From: Octopus sinensis | Lineage: Eukaryota | Direction: 5' to 3' | Assembly: GCF_006345805.1 (NCBI RefSeq) | Contig: NC_043006.1 | Coordinates: 35,278,001 to 35,342,000, forward strand | Length of the DNA stretch: 64,000 nucleotides | In this document: positions 29,272 through 39,847 of the stretch, one piece after another | Position numbering within the stretch: the stretch's first letter is position 1 | Layout of the letters: every line of letters starts with the position of its first letter | Notes under the pieces: generated by a model | Database searches by the model: none | Seen by the model: the letters and a program-made list of their open reading frames with translations, nothing else | What the model was told of the DNA's origin: nothing | Program-made: the position numbers and the translations under genes

Positions 29272-29628
29272 ACCTTTCTCTTTATAAATGCTCTATAAAT
29301 TCCACACAGCCTTGGCTTTGTTGTCTCATTTTATTTAATATACACATGCTCACACAAGACCCGTATTAGACTCCTCCCTCTTACCATTACCGAACCCAGA
29401 GCCTATTACCGTCCTCCTGTAGCACTTACCTGGACTTACCTGCCACCTTGGGTCTGCTGGATAACAATGTCTCTCATATATATATGTATATATATATATA
29501 TGAATAAAAAATGGAGTTAACGCAGGTTTAAACAAGTATTTTTACTTTCGACACATGTTTTGCTGCCCTGGTAACTATTTATTTATTATTTTTCCGTGTT
29601 AATTGTTAACAAGGTAAAAATACACTCA

Positions 29629-29692
<64 letters not shown>

Positions 29693-30250
29693 GTGTGTGT
29701 GTGTGTGGTGTGTTGTGTGTGTGTGTATGTGTGTGTGTGTGTGTGTGTGTGAATATATATATGCATGTATGTGTGTGTGTGCGTGCATGTGTGTGTGTTT
29801 GTGTGTTTGTGTCTGTTTTCATCCCGCCACCACCACCCGATAACCGGTACTGGGGTGGATACATTCGACTACAATTTCCTCAAGGCGGTGACCCAGAATA
29901 GCCGCACTCAAATGACTGAAACAATTAAAACAAAAAATACAAAAGATATGTATTATTCCTGTTGATGTTCATTGTGCTTTGTTCCTTTATTCTCTTATTA
30001 CTTTGATTGGTTCAGTCATTTGATTGTGGCCATGCTGGAGCACCGACTTCAATGGTTTTTGTCGAATATATCGTGCCCATGACATTCCTTGTAAGACTAA
30101 TACTTATCCTATCAGTCTCTATATATTACGGTGACGTAAATACACCAACATCGATCGTGAACACATAGTGGGGGATACACATAAATATATACCTACCTGC
30201 ATGTAAATACATACACACACGCATACACACATACACACATATACACACAA

Positions 30251-30289
<39 letters not shown>

Positions 30290-30290
<1 letters not shown>

Positions 30291-31581
30291 GAGGGAGGTT
30301 CAATAAGTAATGCCCCTAACCCACTTGCAGTTGTTTGATATAGCTGATATTTTGCATATACAATTATTTATATCTCTATAGATTAAGTGGTAAATTACAC
30401 CTCTAAACTAATTATGGTTTCCGATTTACAGGTGTTTGAACTGAATCAAGTGTGAAATGGAGCCTGTTGAGTGTCGAGCAGTGATCCGGTTTTTGTATTT
30501 GAAAGGACGCACACTACGGGAGACTTTTGATGAAATGAAAGTAACTTATGGTGATGATGCCCCATCATATGACCTTGTAAAACGCTGGCATCATGAATTC
30601 AAACATGATCGGAACTCTGTGGAAGCAGTTCCCAGATCTGGTCGCCCCCCTTCTGCCATTGATGAGGCATCTGTCCGTCAAGTTGAGGCTGCCATTTTGG
30701 AAGATCGACGCATAACTATTTGCCAAATAGCCCATGAGGTCAAGATTAGTACCGGGTCTGTGGAAACTATTATTCATGACCATTTTCATATGCAAAAGGT
30801 ATCCGCCAGATGGATTCCCAGATTGCTCACACCTTTCCAGAAGCAAGAACGCGTCGAATTGTAGAGGATGAATTTGGAGATGTGCCAAGAAGATGAGTCA
30901 AAATTTTTCAGAAGACTGATTACACAGGATGAAACCTGGGTCCATCACTATGATCCAGAGACCAAAGCACAGTCAATGCAGTGGAGGCACCGTGACTCAC
31001 CTCCTCCAAAGAAGGCAGGGTGCAGCCCTCTGCTGGCAAGGTCATGCTCACAGTCTTCTGGGACCAGGACGGGGTAGTGGTGACAGATTTCCTCGCAAAG
31101 GGTACCACAATTACAGGAGCCTATTATGCTTCATCTTTGAGGAAATTAAGAGAAGCTATCAAAATCAATAGGCGGGGCAAAATCAGCAAAGGCATCCTCC
31201 TCCTGCAGGACAACGCTCCGGTCCACAACTCGCGTGTCGCCAGATCAGAAGCACAGGCGTGCGGCTATGAACTCCTCCCCCATCCCCCCTATTCTCTTGA
31301 CCTTGCACCCTCTGATTTTCCCCTCTTCCCAGCCATGAAGTTGTTTTTGAAAGGAAAGCGTTTCCCAGATGATGCAGCCTTGATTTCTGAAGTCACGTCG
31401 TGGCTGGAGGACCAAGCTAGGGTCTTCTACAAAAACGGTCTCCAGAGCTGCATCAAACGATGGGAGAAATGCGTAACTCTGGGTGCATCCTATGTAGGAA
31501 AAGACTAATAACTGTGCCAAGTTTCGTTGCTCTACTGCAATGGGAAGTAGGTCAGGGGTATTACTTATTGAACGCCCCTCG
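30290..31581 (+). mobile_element. Full-length mariner transposon (1292 bp), probably irritans subfamily
   Basis: TIRs CGAGGGAGGTTCAATAAGTAATGCCCCT and AGGGGTATTACTTATTGAACGCCCCTCG (rc, 3 mismatches in 28 nt); TA on both sides. Confidence 0.95.
30457..31508 (+). pseudogene. Mariner D,D34D transposase, disrupted
   Basis: HTH N-terminus (RSGRP), WIPRLL, ITQDETWVHHY, LLQDNAPVH, HPPYSLDLAPSDF; stop at 30864 and a frameshift near 31020. Confidence 0.93.
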
Positions 31582-31608
31582 TATATATATTTATATATAC
31601 ATATATAT

Positions 31609-31664
<56 letters not shown>

Positions 31665-31956
31665 TACATATGATGAGTTTTTTCAGTTTCTGTTAACGAT
31701 ATCTACTCACAAGGCTATAGTCGGCCCGAGACTAAGGTAGATGACACTTGCTCAAGGTGGTACACAGTGGGATTGAACACGGAATATTGTGCATGGAAAA
31801 CAACCTGTTACCACACAGCCATGGAGATATTATGTTATTCTCCTCGTATCTCATAGAACGCGCTTTACATGTTTGAGTCTAAGACAAAATACTCTGTAAC
31901 AGGGGTTTCTCCAATCTAAATTATACGAATGTGGGTGAGTGTGTGTGTGTATGTGC

Positions 31957-32008
<52 letters not shown>

Positions 32009-32012
<4 letters not shown>

Positions 32013-32230
32013 GGAACGTTAGCACGCCGGGCGAAATGAATAGCCGTATTTCGTCTGCCGTTACGTTCTGAGATCAAATTCCGCCGAGGTTGACTTTGCC
32101 TTTCATCCTTTCGGGGTCGATAAATTAAATACCAGTTACGCACTGAGGTTGATGTAAACGACTTAATCCGTTTGTCTGTCCTTGTTTATCCCCTCTGTAT
32201 TTAGCCCCTTGTGGGTAGTAAAGAAATAGA
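32009..32230 (+). mobile_element. Near-complete SINE of the second family (tRNA-like head, central GCCTTTCATCCTTTCGGGGTCGATAAA block, Tx1-like tail)
   Basis: The central block recurs at 52650-52790 (+), 53270-53470 (-), 62054-62245 (-) and ~12100-12200 (-). Its resemblance to the Deu/Nin SINE domain is from memory and unverified. Confidence 0.75.
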
Positions 32231-32245
32231 TATATATATATATAT

Positions 32246-32623
32246 AACTTATAAATAAGGGCAAACGAAAATATTTCTAATGCCAAATTTGCGGAAAATT
32301 TGACGTATTGTCTATTACGATATAATTTATCACAATACGCACGCTACTCGAAAAAAAACGACAGAAATTTCTTTAAAATTCCATTATTACCATACCGGAC
32401 CGATTTTAGGGTTAGTTCGTAAGAATTCTCCCTTCGTCAGTGATAAATGTGGTAAAGAAATAAATCAGTCCGATATGGTAATAATGGAATTTTTTAGAAA
32501 TTTCTGTCGGTTTTTTTTCGAGTAGCGTGCGTATTGTGATAAATTATATGGTAATGGACAATATATCCAATTATCGGCATATTTGGCATTAGAAATTTTT
32601 TCGTTTGCCCTTATTTATAAGTT
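32246..32623. mobile_element. MITE/foldback element with ~160-bp diverged TIRs
   Basis: AACTTATAAATAAGGGCAAACG... and ...CGTTTGCCCTTATTTATAAGTT; inner arm ends at ~32406 and ~32462; TSD not resolved. Confidence 0.7.
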
Positions 32624-32845
32624 GTTTATAATTTTAACCGTTAGAGGTATTTTTTAATATGCTGGCCATTGATAAAATTTTTCTTTTCGAAAAAAATTTT
32701 AGCCTACATTAAATATATATATATATATATTAATTATATTTTTTAATAATTTTGTTACATATTAAATAATATAAATTAATATGTATTGGCTTAAGTCTTT
32801 CATGTTTGATTTGCCTAATAGTGTTTTGTTCTCTAATTTAATATA

Positions 32846-32889
<44 letters not shown>

Positions 32890-33038
32890 TATGTGTTGTG
32901 TGTGTGTGTGTGCGCGTGTGTGTGTATATTACGTCATATGTAAACAAACATAAGTTTGCTTTGAAGTATTGAAAAGTGTTGTAGAACATGCAGAAAAATA
33001 TATTTTTCAATGCGTAAATACTTATAGAAAAGCATATA

Positions 33039-33111
33039 CAGGATAAAATCCTTCTGGAGCCGGAAAATTTGTTGCCAACAAATTTTTCTGCTCTAAAATG
33101 ATTTTATCCTG
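33039..33111. repeat. 73-bp near-perfect hairpin palindrome
   Basis: CAGGATAAAATC..GGAAAATTTGTTG-C-CAACAAATTTTTC..GATTTTATCCTG. Confidence 0.8.
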
Positions 33112-33200
33112 AATACGCTCTTCTGTAAGAATTTACGCGTTGAAAAATATATCCTTCTACTTGTTCTCTCTCTGTCTCTGTCTCTCTCTCTCTCCCACTC

Positions 33201-33233
<33 letters not shown>

Positions 33234-33278
33234 GATGTATCAAATGAAATAAATGAAAAACCGGACGCAAAGGATGTT

Positions 33279-33371
33279 TCGGTACATATGTTTCGGGTTT
33301 TATAGAACAACTTATTCTTACATCAATGCATAATCGATATAACAGATAGATCAAAAGCCTTCTTCAGCTGC
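33279..33371 (-). ncRNA. Degenerate type I hammerhead candidate
   Basis: CTGAAGA-(long, imperfect stem II)-GAAAC-ATAT-GTA; stem I has a mismatch. Confidence 0.35.
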
Positions 33372-34189
33372 GTGCAATTGCTACACCAAAGTCGTGTATC
33401 ACATTATAAAAGGTTTGAGAAAAAACAATAGGTATTGTTTATAATGGTAGGTAAACCGAGTATCATTGGGAAAGTATGTTTGTAAATCTTCATAGGCGTA
33501 CATGGTATTATTAGACTCCAAAACAAATCGTCCATACCGTTTTTTCACTCGATATAGAATGAATACTGGGTAGATTACTTCATGTGAGGGAAGGAATTGG
33601 ATGTTGAGAGAAAGAGAAAAGGGAAGCCTTACATTGATTTCGTGTTAAGTATGGAAATATTATCTTAGTAATTTTTCAAACCGATTACATGGGGAAAGGT
33701 GTCGTCCCCGTTTTCGAAAACCCGGCCTCGTTGATTTCGTGGAGATTCGAGTGATTCGAGTGAATTCTCGTCAATATACACAAGGAATCAAGTAACATTA
33801 CTCTTGGATGGCATATTTTGTATGTTTTTCTGCCTCGGACTTTTCTTTTGGGCAAAATGCTGGGTGGGCAATTTGTTTGCATTATTTTGTTCTTGCTCTG
33901 GGAGTGGTGTTGTTATACTTGTGTGCTGAGGTAGTTCGTCATTGGAGCATATTTCATCTGTTTGTTATGTATGTTTAGATTTCACATTCATGAAAGGGGT
34001 TATACTGGTGTGGTTACCGTCGCAGATTATGGCTCTTCTTTGACGTATTTGAGTGTAAAATATTGCTTTGTTTGCAGGGAGAGTAAGTTATATCCCTAAT
34101 GTTTAGGATGTTATCTGTTGATTGTATAAGGTTTAGTTTTTCAGTAATAAACAACAAATTCCTCGAGAAAGAATTCCTACAAAAAGTTA

Positions 34190-34430
34190 AGACCACGGAC
34201 TGCAACAGAGTAGCACAGACGTATATCAGAATGACGGGCAACTCCTTCAAGGAAACGTATACACAACACCTGGCGTACAGAAACAAAAATAATTAAAAAC
34301 GTTCAACATCCCTGTCAGATATGATGTGGACATTAAACGAATGTCGAATAAGCAACTCCCAGATAGAATAGAAAATTATTGCTAAAGCCCCAAAATACAG
34401 AGGCTGGAGTATCATCCGTGAACTCTGTAT
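34190..34430 (+). pseudogene. Penelope-like GIY-YIG endonuclease fragment
   Basis: TYIRMTGNSFKETYTQH..RNKN, then TSLS..W..and KIIAKAPKY..CELC-like in shifted frames. Confidence 0.5.
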
Positions 34431-35198
34431 TATGTATTATATATATATATGTGTATGTATGTATGAATGTATGTATGTGCGTGTGTGTGTATTTATACGA
34501 CGGGATTCACACAAAGCATCCGTGTACAGATTCACTTACAAGCACTGATCGGCCTGGGGCTGTAGGGGAAGACACTTGCCCATGCTGACGCACAGTGTAG
34601 CTGAATCAGAAACTAACTGGTTACAAAGCGGGATTTCTTAACTACACATCTACGCCTGCACCTTCGTAACAACACGTCTATGCTTGTGCCTCTTTGTCTC
34701 CATTTCCCTCTGTCTCTCACTCTACCTTTGCTTGTATATATACGTATGATATATATATACACATTTATGTGTTTATGTATCGAAGCTAAGGTTTCACGTC
34801 ATTACTATCTGTGATTAATGTTTCCGCTTTTCTCCCAGTAGCTATGAGAGTGAAATCTCGAAATCTAGAGTAGCGATTACATAAGACCATTGGTTCGGAA
34901 AATATATATGTAAAATCAATATTGTCGATATGTACTGAGTACATTTTCCTCTTGTCTGGTAACACAAGCCTATACTCATACATATGCTTATACATATATG
35001 CGCGTGTGTGTGTTTCTGTGTGAGTATGTATCGATAGATAGATATAGATATATAGAAGTATACATACGTATATATATTTATGTGGACGTCCGGATATATA
35101 TTTATGTTTCTAAGTGAAGCTGAAAACACATCACAAACTGTAACTCATAATTTCATGTAACTGTTCGTGAAATATTGTGGGCATTGAGAATGTTACAT

Positions 35199-35261
<63 letters not shown>

Positions 35262-35262
<1 letters not shown>

Positions 35263-35334
35263 TGTTTCTTTATTAGCCACACAGGGCTGCACACAGATAG
35301 AACAAATTACAAGGTAGAGCTTTTCTTTTGAAGG

Positions 35335-35369
<35 letters not shown>

Positions 35370-35434
35370 AAGGGGGAGGTTCGATCAAAAGGGATCGTAA
35401 AAGGAGAGAAAGAGGACAAAAATAAGGGGGGGTT

Positions 35435-35465
<31 letters not shown>

Positions 35466-36384
35466 GAGAGGAAAAAAATGATCAATAGGGATCGTTATCA
35501 CAGAAATGTCAATATGAAGTGTAAAGGGGAGGACAGGTGAGGTTTACCCGTGGGAAGAAAAGCCTGCGGAAAAGACCACGGTAACCTCGGTCAATGAAGT
35601 CACATTTTATATTTCTTTTTTTTTTTTTTTTTTTTTTTTTGCAAATAAGCAACTCTCTGTTTTCGATTTCTGGGTTCATAGGACTATGCTCAAGGTGGCT
35701 TCGTCATTCATACGTGCCATTCTTGCTACATTCACCCATCTTTTTTTAAAACATTCGCTAGACAAAACTTGCCTCTCTACTCTCACTTTCCTTTTCAAGT
35801 GGTACTTGAAGAAGTTGATGAGAGATTGACCAGAGAGGAAAGTGTTTGTCTCCAATCCTTTCAGACGCGTCCACCAGATACATTCTTTCGCCATAGCCAC
35901 AAGGATGGTGAAAATAGCTCTTCCTTCCCGTTTGAAGGAAGGAGGCGTGAAAATATTGACGATAGACTCAGCTGATAAACCGACTCGTCCCACACGTGAC
36001 AGCAGTTGTTCGACATAAGCCCACAGGTCGGAAATTGTTGGACACTGAACGAGTGCGTGCAGAACGGTTTCGTCGCTCTGACCGCATCTCGGGCAGGTCG
36101 GCCCCGTGTTTCTCGAGCCGTGTCTGTAGAGCTTATCCCGAACGGGTAGCGCTTCTCGGTAGCACTGCCAGGCCAGGGATCTCTGGAAGTTGTCCATGGG
36201 CCCTGGCCCGAAAGTCGTCCCGAACAGGCGGGTCAGGTACTCCTCGTCGACGTCCAGGTTCGCCCCGAGCTCGTCGTCGTACCTCCCCTCCACTAAACCC
36301 CTATAGAATGCTTTGGTTGTGTTGAAGTCACTTAAGGTCGACCCAGGACGGCAGAGTTGCTTGAGAGCGACGCGACACTCGCGG
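35262..36384 (-). mobile_element. Tx1-like LINE copy A (1.1 kb, 5'-truncated)
   Basis: 3' UTR plus ORF2 C-terminus with CPRCGQSDETVLHALVQC. Confidence 0.95.
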
Positions 36385-36385
36385 C

Positions 36386-36446
<61 letters not shown>

Positions 36447-36469
36447 TATAGATAGATAGATAGATAGAT

Positions 36470-36542
36470 ATGTTTCTTTATTAGCCACACAGGGCTGCAC
36501 ACAGATAGAACAAATTACAAGGTAGAGCTTTTCTTTTGAAGG

Positions 36543-36577
<35 letters not shown>

Positions 36578-39405
36578 AAGGGGGAGGTTCGATCAAAAGG
36601 GATCGTAAAAGGAGAGAAGAGGACAAAAATAAGGGGGGTTAAAAAAAAAAAAAAAAGGGGGGGGGGGGAAAAAAATGATCAATAGGGATCGTTATCACAG
36701 AAATGTCAATATGAAGTGTAAAGGGAGGACAGGTAAGGTTTACCCGTGGAAAGAAAAGCCTGCGGAAAAGACCACGGTAACCTCGGTCAATGAAGTCACA
36801 TTTTATATTTCTTTTTTTTTTTTTTTTTTGCAAATAAGCAACTCTCTGTTTTCGATTTCTGGGTTCATAGGACTATGCTCAAGGTGGCTTCGTCATTCAT
36901 ACGTGCCATTCTTGCTACATTCACCCATCTTTTTTTAAAACATTCGCTAGACAAAACTTGCCTCTCTACTCTCACTTTCCTTTTCAAGTGGTACTTGAAG
37001 AAGTTGATGAGAGATTGACCAGAGAGGAAAGTGTTTGTCTCCAATCCTTTCAGACGCGTCCACCAGATACATTCTTTCGCCATAGCCACAAGGATGATGA
37101 AAATAGCTCTTCCTTCCCGTTTGAAGGAAGGAGGCGTGACAATATTGACGATAGACTCAGCTGATAAACCGACTCGTCCCACACGTGACAGCAGTTGTTC
37201 GACATAAGCCCACAGGTCGGAAATTGTTGGACACTGAACGAGTGCGTGCAGAACGGTTTCGTCGCTCTGACCGCATCTCGGGCAGGTCGGCCCCGTGTTT
37301 CTCGAGCCGTGTCTGTAGAGCTTATCCCGAACGGGTAGCGCTTCTCGGTAGCACTGCCAGGCCAGGGATCTCTGGAAGTTGTCCATGGGCCCTGGCCCGA
37401 AAGTCGTCCCGAACAGGCGGGTCAGGTACTCCTCGTCGACGTCCAGGTTCGCCCCGAGCTCGTCGTCGTACCTCCCCTCCACTAAACCCCTATAGAATGC
37501 TTTGGTTGTGTTGAAGTCACTTAAGGTCGACCCAGGACGGCAGAGTTGCTTGAGAGCAACGCGACACTCGCGGTGCCATTCGCCCTTCCTCGGCCTCTTT
37601 TTGATCCACGACTGCAGTTCGGTCATGGAGACGAGCTGCGGGAAAGCGTGCCTCACAAACGGCGACCACACCTGTTCACCGTCGTCTACATAGAGCCAGA
37701 GATGTCGCAGTCTCAGCGCGTGTCTGCGCATCATCAACCACGGCATGCCCAGCCCTCCTTTTAACGGGTGTTGACAGCAAATGGATCGCCTGACCATCGG
37801 GACGCATCCTTTCCACAAGAAGCGAAAGAGGATGCGTTGTAGTTTGGTGATGGTAGGGTCGGGACAAGGTACGACGGTCAGGCGGTAGTAGATGACGGAC
37901 GCGATGTACGTGTTCGCCACCTCCGCTCGACCTTTTAGGGACAGTTTCCTCTCGGCCCATTGCCGGGCGAGAGTGACCACCCTACTCGTTATCTCGTTCC
38001 AGTTCTTCTCCACTTGGAGGTCCGGACCAAACCAGACCCCGAGCAACTCAACCGGGCCGTCGGTCCAGCGTCCCACGACGGAGGCGCTGGTGGACGGCAT
38101 GGGCTTGCTTCTCCAGGTGCCTAGTCGCAAGCCCACTGACTTTTCCCGGTTGATTTTCGCTCCTGTCACCGCTTCGTAGTTTTTCAGTGTCTCACCGACC
38201 AGCTCGATGTGCTCGTGGCTTGACACTATGACGGTGACGTCGTCCGCGTATGCAGACACGCTCGTCCCGCATCCCAATTCTCGCGGGATGCCCCTTAGAG
38301 TCGCCAGCTTCCGCAGTAGTGGCTCAAGAGTCAATACGTATAGAAGCGCCGAGAGGGGGCATCCCTGACGGACCGAACGTGCAATGTCGAAAGGTCTCGA
38401 TAGATGTCCATTTACGCGAATTACCGAACGGATGCCTCTGTACAAGGCAGCTATCCAGCCGCGGAAGACGGGACCGAAACCAGCCGCTCTCAGGACTGCC
38501 TCCAAGTATCGATGGTCTACCCTATCAAAGGCTTTCGATTGATCCAAGTTGATCAGGGCCCCACCCATGCCAGGTTCGTTAACTACCCTGTCTATGATGT
38601 AGCGCATCAGATGGAGGTTGTCATGGATGGTCCGGCCTGGCACGGCGCATGTTTGCGCCTTGTCGACCAGTTTCTCGATGACAAGCGCCAACCTCTTGGC
38701 TAACACCTTGGCCAAAATTTTCAAGTCTGCATTAAGCAGAGTGATGGGCCTAAAGTTATCTATTACATTTCCCTTGTTTAGATCTTTCTTCAGCAGTGTT
38801 ACGGCTCCTCGGCTCACAAAACCAGGAATGCTCCCGTTTTGCTGCCAGTTGCAGTACACCGCCGCCAAGAGATCTCCAAACAAGTCTGGCATACAATTGT
38901 AAAGCTCGTAGGGTAGACAATCCAAACCCGGTGATTTGTCCCTCGAGCATTCTGCCATCGCTTCCCGCACTTCCGCCGCCGTGATGGCACCTTCGCAGCA
39001 CCCTGCCTTTCTTGTCGAGAGTCGTGGTAGGCTATGTAGGTAGGCACTGAAGTCCACCCTACGTTCTTGCCCTCCACTCGTTCCGAACAGTCGGGCAAAA
39101 TGTTGCTGAAAGGCCTCACACATTTTATTTGGCTCGAGCAATTCGCGCCCCTGTTCATCTACCAGTGACCGAATGGTGGCTTTGTTGCCCTGTTGCGCCT
39201 CTGCCACCCGGGCCTCTCTCGCGGCTCCAACACCTTCGTTCCTTAGAGCACGCATCCTAGCTCTGACAGCACATCCTTCGTGTTTGGCGTTGAAGTGTTG
39301 GTCGAGGGCCAACCTCGCCGCCAAAACGTCGGATGCGATGCCGCTTCTAATTGCCTCTTCTAGCTTCTTAACTAGCTCACCCTCTACTCTATTTCTATCT
39401 ATGGC

Positions 39406-39408
<3 letters not shown>
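36470..39408 (-). mobile_element. Tx1-like LINE copy B (2.9 kb, truncated upstream of RT)
   Basis: Uninterrupted RT (FRPITLL, DQSKAFDRV, VRQGCPLS, YADD) and C-terminal domain. Confidence 0.95.
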
Positions 39409-39463
<55 letters not shown>

Positions 39464-39847
39464 TGTTTCTTTATTAGCCACACAGGGCTGCACACAGATA
39501 GAACAAATTACAAGGTAGAGCTTTTCTTTTCAAGGTTTAAAAAAAAAAAAAAAAAAAAAGGAAAGGGGAGTTTCGATCAAAAGGGATCGTAAAAGGAGAG
39601 AAAGAGGACAAAAAAAAGGGGGGGTTAAAAAAAAAAGGGGGAGAGGAAAAAAAATTGATCAATAGGGATCGTTATCACAGAAATGTCAATATGAAGTGTA
39701 AAGGGGAGGACAGGTGAGGTTTACCCGTGGAAAGAAAAGCCTACGGAAAAGACCACGGTAACCTCGGTCAATGAAGTCACATTTTATATTTCTTTTTTTT
39801 TTTTTTTTTTTTGCAAATAAGCAACTCTCTGTTTTCGATTTCTGGGT

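Larger units (their letters stand above)
30000..31822 (-). mobile_element. Composite SINE split by a mariner insertion in its internal (TA)n
   Basis: Tail/body at ~30000-30180, CORE-like head at ~31672-31822, mariner between them; outer boundaries approximate. Confidence 0.65.

Noticed and set aside
32405-32445. CTGACGA...GAAC on the minus strand in the MITE spacer
   Set aside because: It lacks GAAA, helix III and stem I, so it is not a hammerhead
36865-39495. 876-aa ORF (also 35676-36626, 44564-45007, 46289-47020) starting in one copy's 3' UTR and reading through YLSI repeats into the next copy
   Set aside because: (TCTA)n has no stop in any frame, so read-through fusions are expected by chance; there is no evidence of a real fusion protein
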